Assembly (NCBI RefSeq): GCF_009834535.1
Contig: NC_045697.1
Span: forward strand, 14,696,001 to 14,760,000
DNA length: 64,000 nucleotides
Source: Camelus ferus
Lineage: Eukaryota
Reading direction: 5' to 3'
A program made the position numbers and the translations under genes. The notes below the pieces were generated by a model. The model was not told the origin of the DNA, did no database searches, and was given only the letters and a program-made list of their open reading frames with translations. Each line of letters starts with the position of its first letter. Within the stretch, counting starts at the first letter, position 1. Shown here piece by piece: positions 37,021 through 50,270 of the stretch.

Positions 37021-38389
37021 GTGGTAAGAAGCTTAAATCTGGGCTCAGCAGTAAAGGACACCAGTTGCTGCCCACTTAGCCCCAGTCAAGGTCACTACAG
37101 GCACCATAAATTCTCAAATTTGTGTCATCACTTTTGACAGTGAAACATGAAACAATCTAGGATTTATTCTCAGGTGTTAGTTACTTTCCCCTTTGGTTCC
37201 AATATTGCACCCCCCAACAACATTGTGTTCTTCTCTGAGTTAAATACATTAATATAATAGGATTATATGAAAGTGTTCATTTAGAATATGCAAAAATATT
37301 TTTATTTAAATGTGATTGCTCTTCAAATCAGCATGGTACTCCAAAATGTACCAACATTTTGGGAATGAAAAACTGAATATGCCAGATTAAGGCTTGTGCA
37401 ACATTTTTCTATGAAAGAATTTTTTCCTTCGAAGCATTAATAAGCTACAGTAGATAGCAGTTTAATTATTCTATGCAAGCACAATAGCTTCCTGATAACC
37501 AAGGGAACTGTCTTGTGACAAAGCTGGTTTCTACATTTTTTTTTTAATAAGAAGGGTTCAGAGTGGTGATTTCTTGATATCCCTTAAGACCTTTTAGGCG
37601 AGATCTTATCCAAGTAATACATTTTCTAAAAGCGTAAAGGGAGCAGTGAACTGTTCAGAAAGGCTGAAGCATCTCATTCTGTTCTTACATTTTTATTTTC
37701 TAGGAATAGTTCTCTGCAAGACCACAGGTGGGCATAAAAGAATCCAGACAACTACACTACTGCTCAAAATTCCAGAACTGTTAAGGTATTAATATCTGCA
37801 CAAAATTGTGGATCGTAATAATAATAACAACAGACAGAAATTCTACAGAATTAGAAAGTTCTATGAAAATTCTTTCCTATAGATTTTGCACAGTTCTTTT
37901 CTATTTAGCTCTGAAACCTCCATCAGAATAGTGACAGCAAGTGTTTCGCTTGAGTGGGTACCTTAATCCTTCCAGTAAGTGCCAGTCACTAAAAAATACC
38001 TGCCCCATGAAGCAGAAACCTACTATTATGCTGAATTGTACTGCTGGTTTTTCAGAAGCAATGCACAGGACACAACATTTCATACTGACCTCTCTACTGT
38101 GTCAAATATGTGCAAAAGATAAATCTGTTCTTTATGATTTTTAAAAGCTAGATTTTTTTGCATCTATTATAGACTGGAAACAGATCTTTACAGTTTTGTC
38201 TGGCAATCCTATGGGATGAAGAGTTTAACTAAGCTGTGATTCAGAATTAATTGTTTGGCTTTAAAAAGAAAAAAATATATATTCAGCTAACACCCTAGGA
38301 GATTCTGATCTAGTAGCTACTTTATGCTGGAGCTTAAGAGGTGTGTTTTTTTGTTTTAAATCTCCTCAGGAAAAAGTAGCGATATATAT

Positions 38390-38790
38390 CCAGTGCATGT
38401 TAAAATATGTGAATATATGTAATATGTATCATAAATATATATTTTAGTCATATGTACCTATGTATGTTATGAATGTATACATATTTTAAAAGGTACATAT
38501 ACAAACTCTAGCTACCCTGTATTCTAGAAATTCCTTATGTACAAATGTATCCTGTTTTGACATATAAAATTGCTTCACATTCAGAGTTGTTCAGTCATTA
38601 CAGCTTTTTTTTTTTAATTCTTAAAGAACTAGAGACAACCTGAATGCCCTACACAAGGGAATTTGATTAAATAAATTTTATATAGCCACACAATGGAATA
38701 CCATGTAAGTAACAGAAATAAAACGTTAGATTTATACAGTTGAAACTAATTAAAGAAAAACTATCCAAGCTATATTGTTAGAATCTGGTA
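38390..38790 (+). mobile_element. Old L1M fragment
   Basis: actagagacaacctgaatgcc...attaaataaattttatatagccacacaatggaataccatg. Confidence 0.7.
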
Positions 38791-39499
38791 TATTGTAGTA
38801 CACTGCAGAAAGTTAACAAAATGATACAGAGAAGAGGGTGTTTATTTTTCATCTTAAATCCTTCTCTATGAGCTAAATTTTATTCTTTTCACTTTATATT
38901 TGCATGCATTGTTCCCATAATTTAACAGATAACACAAGTTAAAATGCATATAGTAACTCTGATGTCCTGATGTTAGTCCTGAATTAAAGGCACTGTGAGC
39001 CTCATATGATGTTGGTTTCCTAGAGCAAGGTTTAACGACTTGAGTGCTGAACAATCAAACCACTATTCTGATTTAAAATTTTGCCCAGGGGGAAAATATT
39101 TATCTTGTACTCAAAAATAATTACACCTCAGTTATCTTTTAAGTAGACTACGCATTAGAGGTTGCTTTGTAATAATACCCTTTCTCTGACATTGAAATGA
39201 AATGTGATAAGAAACTGTACCGTTTCACACCACCACTTAAAGATAGCACCTTACGGAGACCTGATGAAATACTGATGATGTTAACACAACTGTGTGATTT
39301 CCAACAAAAATGATAATAATAAAAAAATGAATGTGAAAAATTTGCCCATGCTGTGAATCAATAATGATATTGTGACCCTGGCAGAAAACTCAATTCAGGC
39401 AATTGATGGTACTAAATTGAAAATATCCATCTTCCACGTTGGCAGATACATTTTCTTTTCTTTTAGTATCTATTATGCATTAACCTTGTGATGAAAAGG

Positions 39500-39735
39500 C
39501 AAAGAGGTGACAGGGCCAGCTGTGAGGACTCTGGAAGTTTGGAGCCTTGAGTCTCATCCTGTAAGACGGAAGGATAAACCTTGAACACACCACTTAACCT
39601 CTCTGCGTTTCAGCTTTCCAATCATCTGCGAGATGAGAGTAACACTTGCCATCAACCCCATAAAGGAGTTGAAAGAGACTGAGAAAGTCCGTGGGAAGCA
39701 CTTTGAACGTCTCAGAAGTAAGCTTTCACAGAAGT
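39500..39735 (+). mobile_element. MIR
   Basis: ccacttaacctctctgcgtttcagctttccaatcatctgcgagatgagagtaa. Confidence 0.75.
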
Positions 39736-40604
39736 ACAAAGCCTCACATCAAAGGACACGCTCTTACCTTTCTGACACATCATGGGTAGGCTAATGTATA
39801 GGCTTGACACTGAGTGTTCCTTTTCATTAAAATAATTGACGTAGCAAGTTCTTTTCTTTTTCACCTGGACATTGTTCACGTGCAGCCTCGACAAAGCCTG
39901 ACGTCCCTTCTCAGATCACTGTGAGGGGTCTCTGAGGCTCATTTTTGGCTCATTCAGCTGTGTTATCCAGCCGACAGGTATAAAATGTGTTACCCTCTAC
40001 CTCTCTCTTTAGGCATTGCTAGAAAGCAATCTTCTGGGGAGAAAAAAGTAGAATACATTCCAGGAGGTTATTTATGCCTCCACGTGCTATGGCCACATTT
40101 GAGGCAGGACAGAGATAATTCACTCACACCAATTGTTCATGCCGACCTGTTCTAGAATCGTAGCTCTTTCTCCAGACACCCAGCCTGCATTATTGAGTAC
40201 CACTTGTGCACTCAGCCCTAGAGACAAATGGTACATCAGTCCTAGAAAAGGAATTTGCCTGCCAAACAGTGCCGAAATTACATAGCAATTTACATCTTTC
40301 TTCAAATCAACACCTTGAGCAGAAGTTTGCAGTACTGGCCCCACATTAAAACTACCTGGATGATTTTAACAAGATGAGTTAAATTAGAATCTCTGAGGCT
40401 GATGCTCCTGCAGAGAGATGTTTTAGGAGCAGTGAATATACAACATTGTAAATGTAAATTAATGAATGGAGGAATAAACAACTTTCCAGGTATTTACAAA
40501 TTAAGAACCCTGACTCTAGAGGGTCAAACACGGTGATGATACCAGTACCACTGTAACTATAAAGCGCTGGCTCTGTTCTCAGCAACCCCATCAATCACTG
40601 CATT

Positions 40605-40787
40605 TCTCAAGGCTCTTCTCAGAGTGATGCATGGATGCTTATAAGAGCATCACAAGAGCAATGGCTTGTTAAAATGCATATTCCCAGGCCCAGTTACAGA
40701 TCTACAGACTCAGAACCTCAGGGCAGGCTTAGGCATTTAAAATCATTTTCTCAAATGGTTCTTAGGTATTAAGATGTAAAACAATGT
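40605..40787. mobile_element. MER5-like hAT-Charlie MITE
   Basis: gcttgttaaaatgcatattcccaggccc...agactcagaacctc; a weaker related copy at about 40320-40435. Confidence 0.7.
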
Positions 40788-40849
40788 CTGAGACCCTCTC
40801 TGGGTCTTTGCCTACCTAGCTATCATTTTTTGAGCTTTCTCAGGACTCA

Positions 40850-40990
40850 AAGCCTCTGCTAAGTGTTTAGGGCACAGTACATTTTTTTTAGTCCTCACAA
40901 ATGCTAGCAATCCTTTTTCACAGAAGAGGAAATTAAGGCTAAGAGGAGAGAAATGACTCGCTCAAAATTACACACTTAGAAAAGGGTAAA
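40850..40990 (-). mobile_element. MIR fragment
   Basis: tttcacagaagaggaaattaaggct...gaaatgactcgctcaaaattacac. Confidence 0.65.
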
Positions 40991-42079
40991 AACAGTCACC
41001 AAACTGATGCTTATCTTTCCCAAAACCTCTTTCACACTTTAGTCCTTGGCACGTACTCCCTCCAGCGCCGGATCCTGGCCTCCCACATGCCATTGCTCTG
41101 CCTTCTAACAAGGTCCTTGGAATGCCAAGCACGCTTACCTCCACGCCCCACAGCGGTGAGTCCACACTCACCAGGTCATCACCTTCAGCTGTTCCTGGGC
41201 TCTTCAACAAATGAACCACTGTTTTCAATCATCTTTTCCTGAAGTTTCTGACCTCAGGCAAAGCTGACCCTTCACCTTTGCCCATCATCTCTTACTGAGA
41301 CCAAGTCAGTCATGCATGAGCTCCTCACACAGCCCTGGCTGCTGCACCATGTCCTCGCGCCTGGGCCCTCTCCATCTCTGCCAGGACTACAGAGGGAGAG
41401 GCAGCCCGCCCCTTCTCACTGCCTGAGCACTCATGCCCACCCTTGACTCTCTCCCTCTCCACCAGCTCTAATCTCACCCTTGTTTAAATAGGTTTAAATT
41501 CCACCATTTCCAAGAAATAAAATTATCTGGGTTTGAAAAGAGTTTTCGTTCTGTTTTCTCAAATAGTCTATCGTATACCCATCCTCTATTTTCTCATTAC
41601 AACTTCCCTCCTCAAAACCCACTCTCCTCCTGATACAGCCCTCATCAAAGTTATCAAAATCCATCTTCAGGCCAAATCCATTTGTCAATGTTCCCTTCCT
41701 CTTCAGCATCTGCTCATCTGACATTTAATCTTCTTAAACTCTCCCGCCCTCCGCCCCTGGGATGATCAGCTTTTGTTTCTGTTTGTTTGTTTTCTCTTGT
41801 TCTTTGCCTCTGATTAAACAAGTCTCTTAAAATTTCTTTGAACCTCAGAATCTTTACCTCTAAAACAGGAAAAACAGTATCAAACTCAAGATGTTATTAT
41901 AGAAGTACAAGGAAGTAAAACGTCTATTTTATTCACTTACTGAACAAACATTTGTTAAGCGTCTGCTGTATGTACAGTACTAGACTAAACACTGGAGTGT
42001 AAAGATGAAACTGATGTGCTCATGATGTTGAGGGCTTCAAAGTGATCTGTTGATCCTGACAACTGATCATAGCGCCCCA

Positions 42080-43145
42080 TTCATTTATTTATTTATTCAA
42101 TTAATTTCGAGTATCTGATATGTTATCTAGGCACTGAAGACCAAACAGAACAAGTCTGAATAGGCACTGTCCTCATGAAGCTTAGTGATAACACCCATCT
42201 AGCCAGCTAGCTAGTATCAGAGAGCAGGAAATGCTATAAAGGGGAAAAAAAATGAGTTATAAACAGAGTTGTGGCAGTGAGGTGTGGTAGGAATGGGGTC
42301 AGAAACTACTTCTTTGAGGAGGTGACATCTGGTCTAAGGCCTAAATGATGATGAGGAGAATGAGATATTCACAAAGAGTATTACATGAAGCAGGTGCTGC
42401 AAGTGCAAAGGCCCTGAGGTTTGAATGAACTTAGTGTGTCAGAGGGGCAGAGAGGAGGCCACAGGAGCTTTTCAAATGGTGAAGAGACAAGTAAAAGAGT
42501 TTGGCGAGGTCTTGGATGCCACACTAAGGAGTCTATTTCTGAGACTAAATGCGGAGGAAAGTCACCAAGAGGTTTTTGGTAGGAGAATGCTAGCTGATAA
42601 ATACTTTGAGGGAGACTCTGAAAACTGGGTGGCTAACTGATTGTGCTTGGGGAACGGTGGAAGTTGGAGAACTAATTTTGAGTCCATCTCAGGAGACCAG
42701 GCAAGAGATGGCTGGAACGGGGGTAGAGGCAATGGAGATGGCGTGACACGCTCGTGATTTGGCTCTAGTATTTGGTATATGCTAATACTGATGTATTTAC
42801 TCGGTATTTTGTATTTTACACACCACAATTTCAGTTCTCTGAGCACTTGGATGTCGTTTTGGTCACTGCTCTATCCCCCAGTCTCTAGAACAATGTCTGA
42901 CATACAGTAGGTGCTAAATAAGTAAGCATTTGAAGAGAAAATGAATAAATGGCTTGGATGGGTGCTGAGATAAACCCCTAAGTTTTTAATTTGAGCACTT
43001 GGGCTGAGAGGGTGTCCTCAGCTGAGGACTAGGAGAAAGACAAGGTTTGTGGGTGGAAAGCAAGAGTTCCAATTTAGACATGCTAGATTTGGCATGTCTC
43101 AGAGAGTGGACACTTTTATTCATGTGTCCAGAGCTCAGGGCTAGG
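42080..43145 (-). mobile_element. Long L2 3' segment
   Basis: cattcatttatttatttattcaa...ctaggcactg...tttgaggaggtgacatctg...aagtgcaaaggccctgagg...caagagttccaatttagacatgctagatttg. Confidence 0.88.
42825..42950 (+). mobile_element. L2a 3' tail lying within the - strand L2
   Basis: ttggtcactgctctatcccccagtctctagaacaatgtctgacatacagtaggtgctaaataa...aatgaataaatg. Confidence 0.8.
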
Positions 43146-43224
43146 ATTTTTTAATCTTTTTTTATCTTTTCAAGTTTTGTTCCCTCCATTTGGTTTGCGA
43201 GCTCAGCAAGAGCAGATGCCCCCT

Positions 43225-43408
43225 TTAATACTCCAAGGGTGCTCCCCAGACCAGCAGTTGCAACTTAACCTGGAACTTGTTAGAAATGCAAATTCTCAGG
43301 CCTTACCCCACACCAACTGAATTAGAAACTCTACAGGAGGGGTCCAGTGATCTGTGTCTTAACAAGCCTTCCTCACAATTCTGATGCACTCAAGTCTGAG
43401 GAACATTG
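43225..43408 (+). mobile_element. MER5A hAT-Charlie MITE
   Basis: ccagaccagcag...cctggaacttgttagaaatgcaaattctcaggcc...actgaattagaaactct...tctgatgcactcaagtctgaggaacattg. Confidence 0.92.
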
Positions 43409-45403
43409 ATCTAAAACACTGTTAGGTATAGTCATCAGAAAGAGTTGAACAGAAAATGGATTGTTTGGAGTGACTTCAAATTAGCACACTTCTGACTCTT
43501 TTTCTGGCCTCTTGTCAAATCTCCCTTTATCAGTCAGACTTTTTTAACTGCTTTAATTAGTTTGACCGTAGAATCCAATGTTTTCCTATTTTAAAAAGTT
43601 ATATCCAGCAGTGGTAACCACAGAACTTTCCAAAAATATTTTCAGTGTTTCAAAACACTTTCTGATCTGGCATTTAATTTTAGTTACAAAGGAGCTATGA
43701 AATAGCAGAGATGAGAGTTCACATCACATATGAATTTATTTAGTCAAAGTCCTGTTAGATAATTTATTGATGTTCACATGGCAAGGTTAGACAGATCTGA
43801 GACAAAAATCTACTGTTGGTAAATATGGGAATAAGTCTCTATTTCAAGTTCTTCTCATAACACTCTGGTACTATCTAGAATATCATAGATGCTCAATAAA
43901 TATTCATTGACTGAATGAATAATTCCTGAAGTAGATTCTGCAGGTTGCAAGAAAATATAGACAACCTTAGAAAGAAAAAAAAAAAGAGAGGATGAGAGAG
44001 AGAGGGACAGAGACAGACAGAGATATCAGAATAATACAGAATCCTGATCTTCCATTTAATCAGAGACCCACTAACCAGCTCATCACATCCAGCAACACGA
44101 TCTGGACTCACTGTCCAGCAACAAGGGAATCTGGGGGCAAGACATAAATTATAATCTGAAATTACGACTATCAGTTTCCTCCGTTATCTCTTTAAGACAA
44201 TAATTGATATAGCCTTCTAGAATTCTTGATGCTTCATTTTTCTCATACTGTAAATTAATTGTGCACTTGAAAGTGTTTCAATGTTCCTGTATTTTGACCT
44301 CTGTTTTGAATTACCTGAGTAATGCAAAATCTGGCAACATCTCCATCACGCTGAGATTGCTTCTTGCCAACATCATCCGTCTCTCTTTATTTTAAACCTA
44401 AAACACATTCCTTCTCCTACTGGAATGCTTTCAGCCTATCAGACATGTGATGATAAAGAAACCTTCCTATATTTGCATAAAGCTGTAGAATTTTCAATGT
44501 GCTTTGCAAACACATTGTTTGACTTAGCTTAGTTTAGAATGCCCTAGACACAACTGTTTGCTTTAAGAAGCTATGCTTAAATGTACTTTCTTAGAAGGTC
44601 TATTTGAAATATTCTGGGTTTTAAAGTGCCACCTAATTATAATAAAAAAATTCCCTATCCTGAGGTCAAGATTGTATATACATAGTTTTGGACAATCTGG
44701 AGAGGCGAGCTCTTCTCTAGGAGACCACATATAGCTAATAATAAAGCAGACAGTGTGGGCTGCTTTATGCTATAGCACCTTGACTGAAGCCAGGCATTTT
44801 AGTAGTTACATATTTAATGTTGCTTAGTATTTCTGAATAGCATGTACAATATTCAGTTTCTGAGAAAAGGCAAACTATTAGATGTGAAGATTGAAATGAA
44901 CTTCAGACTCTTCCAGCTGTCACACCCCCTTCTGATGCCCATGGTAGACAGAGCTTGTCTACAAGGGTACGTTACTTTGTGGAATCCAGAAATGGTCTTA
45001 GAATCTTCCTCTACCTTGTGCTTCAAGCATTCACTGATGATGGATACCAGTGAGCCCACGACATTGGATCTATCTGTCAATACCACTGTAAGTCAAACTC
45101 TTTCATTCACAGAAGACAAGACTGATTCTCAGAATGGTGCTGTGACTTACCCAAGGTCAAGCAGGTCAATAGTGAGGTTGCCACTAACTGCCAGGATTAC
45201 ACACTGACTCTACTCATTAGACCAGCTGCTTGGTACAGGGAGATGGTGTTAAGCAAGGGGTTGATATTTGATTGAGTTCTCAGCTGCTTTCTCATCCACA
45301 TTAACATCAACAGGTTTCCACTGGCAGCTTCTTCCCATCCTCACAGGGATTCTGGAATTTAAGTGCCAACTGTGCAGTTCCCTATGTTTAAAATTGTCTG
45401 CTC

Positions 45404-45436
45404 CTTTCTTCTTCTTCTTCTTCTTCTTCTTTTTTT
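45404..45436 (+). repeat. (CTT)n trinucleotide repeat plus oligo-T
   Basis: ctttcttcttcttcttcttcttcttcttttttt visible directly. Confidence 0.9.
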
Positions 45437-45914
45437 GCAGGGACTATTCTTTCTATTTCCATATAAAACTTGATTATAATATCAAACACCAAGGAAAAGA
45501 AATGTATAAAAAAGCTTCAGTGAATACACTGTAGGGACTCTGGCTTTGAATCAATGCTTATTTTTAAATGGGAATCAAATGATACTGCATAAAGAGAGAA
45601 ACTGACATATGACCCATTGCTGAGAGAAAAAGGAATCAGAAAGGATTTGTTCAAGATGATGTTTGATATGGATCCACTTACACATCACAGAGAGAATCAG
45701 AATGGTTTCTACAGTGCTATTTCAGAGCCAGATTAGAGTAGACACCAAGAAGGAATCCCCTGTGTTAAACTCGCCATCTTCCGCTAAGCCAATTACACTC
45801 CTGAGTCATGAACATGACCAAGAATCCTAGTTTTAACATAGCATTGTAACTTAGCTTTAAGGTTATTCATCTATCTTAGCATTATCGCTATCTGACTTGT
45901 CTTAATGGTTTTTA

Positions 45915-47285
45915 GTCCATCCTTCCAGTTACCACACCCAGAAACCCAAGAATTATGTTCAGCCCCTTCCATTCTCTCACCTGCACACCCAATTCACTGG
46001 CAAGTCCTACTGGCTTCACTTTCACAAAATACACTACCTCCATCCATCTCTCTTTGTCTTCATGACTCCCCCACCCTGGTTAATGCTATTCTCCCCTCTT
46101 TCCTCAACTACAACAATAAACTACAAAATGGTAGCCCTGCTTCTGCTCTTCTTCTCCTGTTTCAATCTATACTCCATACAATGGTCAGTGAGATTTTCCT
46201 ACTACCAGAACTTCAAGGCTTGAAAACTTCACTCCAAGGCTTGAAGGCTTCAAATGGAAATCATCGCAATCAGAATAAATCCTAACTCCTCTACATAGCC
46301 TACAAATTTCTGGACCCTGCATACGTCCTCATTCTTATCTAATAAATTTCCTCTCACTCATTGTGTTCGGGCATACAGTTCCTTTCAATTTACTAAACAC
46401 ACTGTGCTCCTTCCTATCTTGTCTTCCCACAAACCATTCCTCTTTTCTGGAAAATACATTTCCCTGTTCTTCACAAGGCTAGATTCTTCTTATCTTTCAG
46501 GTCTTGGTTTTAACATCATCTTACCACATGACACTCCCCCCACCACCTCCTCCCATAGCAAATGCTGTCAGTACTCTGCCCGTATCACCTTGGGTCTCCC
46601 TTTTATCTTCATAAATACGAACTCCCAAGTGTGCTTCCACTCCCAACTGCTGACATCTGTGTCTCTTTGTCAGAGGATGAATGTCAGGCTTCCCAAATGG
46701 CTTTGACTATAGCTGGAGAGCTAGAAGTGCCTATTGATTTATATTCCTCTCTACATGGGAGTTTAGCCTTAACCAATGCCTGATGGATGAGGAGTATAAA
46801 TGCTCCAGCTCCCTCGATTTGTGATGGGTCCAACTCTGAAGCTGTCACTGCAATTCCCTTACAGCTCTTCTGCAGGACTGAGCCAACGTTGCCCTCTGAG
46901 AGTCTCTGCTTGATATTGCCTGCCTTCCTTTCCAGGACTTATTCCCATTTCCCAACCACATTTCCCTGGGAGCACCTCTAATCTATCATATTGACACAAA
47001 ATCTCATCTGAGGATCTGCTTTGGGGAAAGCAAGCTAAAACACTACCCTAACTTTTACTTATTTATTCTTCATCGATGCACCGCATTCATTTTCTTTCTA
47101 GCATGTGTCAAAGCTGTTATTATAGATCGGGTTGCTTATTCATTTATTATCTTTATCTCCCATGGACTGTGAACAAATTGAGGGCAGGGACTGTATCTTT
47201 CTCTTTCACTAGCATATCCTCAGCACCTAGCCAGTGCTTGGCCCATAGTAGTTGCATAATTAATATTTAGTTAATGAAGAATAAA
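45915..47285 (+). mobile_element. L2 3' segment (about 45915-46553 and 47043-47285) split by an LTR16 insertion
   Basis: tccttccagttacc...ccagaaacc...cagaataaatcctaactcct...gactgtgaacaaattgagggcagggactgtatc...cagtgcttggcccatagtag. Confidence 0.88.
46554..47042 (+). mobile_element. LTR16-like ERVL solo LTR
   Basis: tgctgtcagtactctgccc...cttaaccaatgcctgatgg...ggagtataaatgctccagctccctc...ttccctgggagcacctc...tctgaggatctgctttggggaaagcaagctaaaaca. Confidence 0.8.
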
Positions 47286-47484
47286 TAACAAAACCTTTCC
47301 CAATGCTCCTCCTCATCCAGGCTGAATTACCTGTCCCTTGTCTGGTTTGCATGGCATCCATCTAGTAGCTTTGATTAGGCTCCAGGTTTTCATGGATCTG
47401 GACTTACAGTCAAGTCAATACATACATCATGCTGCCATGAGTATTCTGTCCATGTGACAATCCTAGTTGTTATAACATATCATT

Positions 47485-47720
47485 ATCTTTTGAGAGTTTA
47501 CTATGTGCCAGGTAGAACTAAGGTAGAGACACACTATTTTATTAAATGTTAGCAAACACCTTTGTGAGGAAGATGTATTCCCTATGTTTTTCAGAAGAGA
47601 AATCCAAAATTTCTAGAACTAAAGGATGTGCCCGAGGTCACCTAGCTCATCCGTGGTGAGGGCTCTATTAGAACCCAGGACTGACCGCAAAACACATTCT
47701 CTTAACTCTAATCATGTTGC
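47485..47720 (-). mobile_element. MIR
   Basis: tttactatgtgccagg...tgcccgaggtcacctagct...gaacccagg...attctcttaac. Confidence 0.8.
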
Positions 47721-48194
47721 CTCTGTCCTGGGTGAGGTTTGCTTAGCTTCAGTCATCCTCTTTGGGGATTAATCAAGTGAGAAGAGTGAGCTTCTGGGCC
47801 TTCAAAGCAGACGGGCAAGCCCTAGAATGTCATGACTTATTCAAGCAATCACTCAGCCCTCGCTGGCCTTAATGTGCCAAATGCAACCACCACTTTCTGC
47901 CCTCGCCAGAGCCAGTACTGCAGCACAGGCTCAACTGACCCCAAAATTATAGCCCATTGTCTGCCAAAGATAAGGGATGCTAAGGATAAGAGAACGTGTT
48001 TGCTTTCTATGCCCCAAGAAACATACCAAAGACTCTGAGGTTAGGGAGGAAGAGTATGGGTGGAGAGATTTTTAGAAGAGCTGTTGTGATGCCCAACCAC
48101 TTCAAAAATAAATTTTGGTGTTGAGATCCAAGGAGACAATAATACGGTAGGCTTGAAAAGTCAAGGGAATGATTTAGAAATAAGACTGAATTAT

Positions 48195-49110
48195 TAATAT
48201 ATTCAACTCCTTATATGTATCCAACACGTATATACAGCAAGTGTGCACTTGATATGAGAAAGACACTCCAAGATAAGAATCACAATGAGCCCTTCCATCC
48301 CTAGTGTGGGAAGAAAGACGGTTAACACAGCGGTTAAGGATGCAAACTTGATGTTAGCTGCTTACGCTCAGGAGGCTTACTGCTGAATTCAAACGCTGGC
48401 TTTATGTCTTCCTTAGCTGTGTTTCTTAATCTCTCTGTGCCTGACCTTCTTTGTGTAGAAAATGAAGATAAAAATACTACACCCATCTCAGAGTTGTCTT
48501 GGAAATTAAATGAGTTAGTATTTATACATTTCTTTGAACAATGCCTGACACGTAATGAGCACCACAGAAGTTTGTTCAATAAATAAAGCAAAGAGATTAG
48601 AGCTAGAATAAAACAGACACAAGATATTACAGGCACACAGAAGGGAAGACTTAAGTCAGCCTGGAGTGACACTACAAGGACCGGAAAAGGATCACAGAGA
48701 TGGAAGATTTGAGATGAGTCTTATGAGATGATCTGGAATTCACCAGTGAAGGCAGTAAAGGAAAGCAAAGTAGAGTGGGGGCAGGCAGAAGGAAGGGTGG
48801 AGGCAAAGACTGGGAGATAAGAAGCTGCTTGTTATATGCCTGAGTGTGCAGGAAGAAGAGAAGAGTGCTGAGATGTAAGGGTGTGGGTTAGAAGAAGTCA
48901 GGCCATCAAGGGCCTCGTAGGGTAAAAAGGGAATTTTGACTTTATGTCATCAATGAAGTACCTTTAGAGAATGTTAAGCAAGAATTTCATGATCAGATTT
49001 GCAATCTGCAAAGATCACTCTGACCACAATGTGGAGAATGGATTTTGCTGAGTGGAGCTGGAAACATGCAAACCACTTAATGGGCTGCAGGAGTGAGACG
49101 AGCAAGAGCC
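48195..49110 (-). mobile_element. L2 segment interrupted by a MIR
   Basis: gatttgagatgagtctt...tgatcagatttgcaatctgcaaagatcactctgaccacaatgtggagaatggatt. Confidence 0.8.
48326..48580 (+). mobile_element. Full-length MIR inserted in L2
   Basis: cagcggttaag...cttaatctctctgtgcct...aaattaaatgagttagta...aacaatgcctgacacgtaa. Confidence 0.85.
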
Positions 49111-49499
49111 AAAAATAATAAATTATATAGGGAAGGAGATTTCTGGGAAGTAACAGCAAAAGATAAACCGATTTTGCTTGCAAAGGTCAAGTCTGTAGTA
49201 GCTTATTTTGAGTGTAGATACTGACCTCTGAGGCAAAGAGATAGAAGCACAAGCAAAAATAACCTTCACAATCAGAAATGGATGCTGCAAACTAAAAGCC
49301 AACGGTCTTCACCCATTTGATAAGTGGAAGGGCAGATAAATACAAGCCATTTGTTTCTGACTTTTGAATACATGGAATAAGCCATTAATTTTTATGTTGC
49401 CTGGAACACAGAACAAATAATTTTATATTTCAAAGGGCTAAAGAACTGTGTAAAGTGTCATAAATAAGATAATTATTGGTGAATTAATTCAGTAAGACT

Positions 49500-49705
49500 G
49501 TAATAATTGTTAGAATTTCTTGAGCACTTGCTCATTTCCACTATGCTAGCAAATAACACATATTATCTCAGTTAGTCCTCTCAATAATCCAGAGAGGAAG
49601 GTATTATCAATACCATCTCACAGATGAGAAATAGAGGTTTAAAGAGACTTAAATATTTGTTTAGAGTCACAGGGACATCAAACGGCAGAGCAGAGAATTC
49701 AAGTC
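49500..49705 (-). mobile_element. MIR
   Basis: ccatctcacagatgagaaatagagg...gagtcacag...ggcagagcagagaattcaag. Confidence 0.8.
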
Positions 49706-49968
49706 TTTTCAAATGTTAGGGAGTTCCAACTGATTACATCTTTGGGGTCAACTCCTGTCATATGTGTATCTGAATTCAGGCATCTTTTTTGGGAAATAAA
49801 CGTACAGCTTCACAACACTTGCTGTGGACAGGAAAGATATTGTTTTTCTATTTCAGTCTGTTTTTGTGCACATTATTCCTCGGTTTTCATAATAATGATT
49901 TTTTTTTCATTAAGGCTCAGCATCTCATTTACATTAGCAATTTAATGCGTAAAAACAAGATGTCAACC

Positions 49969-50012
49969 AAAAAAAAAAAAAAAAGAAGAAGAAGAAAAGA
50001 AAAGAAAGAAAA
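49969..50012 (+). repeat. Poly-A / (GAA)/(GAAA) purine tract
   Basis: Directly visible. Confidence 0.85.
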
Positions 50013-50074
50013 CATTGAGGGCAACCCAGCCGGACCATTTGATAACAGTTCCTTGTCAATAGAAAGAGATATAA

Positions 50075-50270
50075 TGCAGTGATGACAACTTGGATGATGT
50101 GGAATCAGCCAGGATGGAATTCAAATCCTACCTCCACCATTTACTACTGGTGAGATACTGAGCAAGTCACATACCATCTCTAAGCCTCAGTTTCCTCATC
50201 CGTAAAATGCAGATGTTAGCTACTATAATGTAGGCTATGAGATGATAGAGGAAAAGTGCCTAGTTCAGCT
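50075..50270 (+). mobile_element. MIR
   Basis: ttcaaatcctacctccaccatttacta...gagcaagtcac...tctctaagcctcagtttcctcatccgtaaaatg. Confidence 0.88.

Noticed and set aside
45404..45534. (CTT)n-T-GCAG looks like a very strong splice acceptor
   Set aside because: The tract is a microsatellite, no good donor follows, and the downstream frames close.
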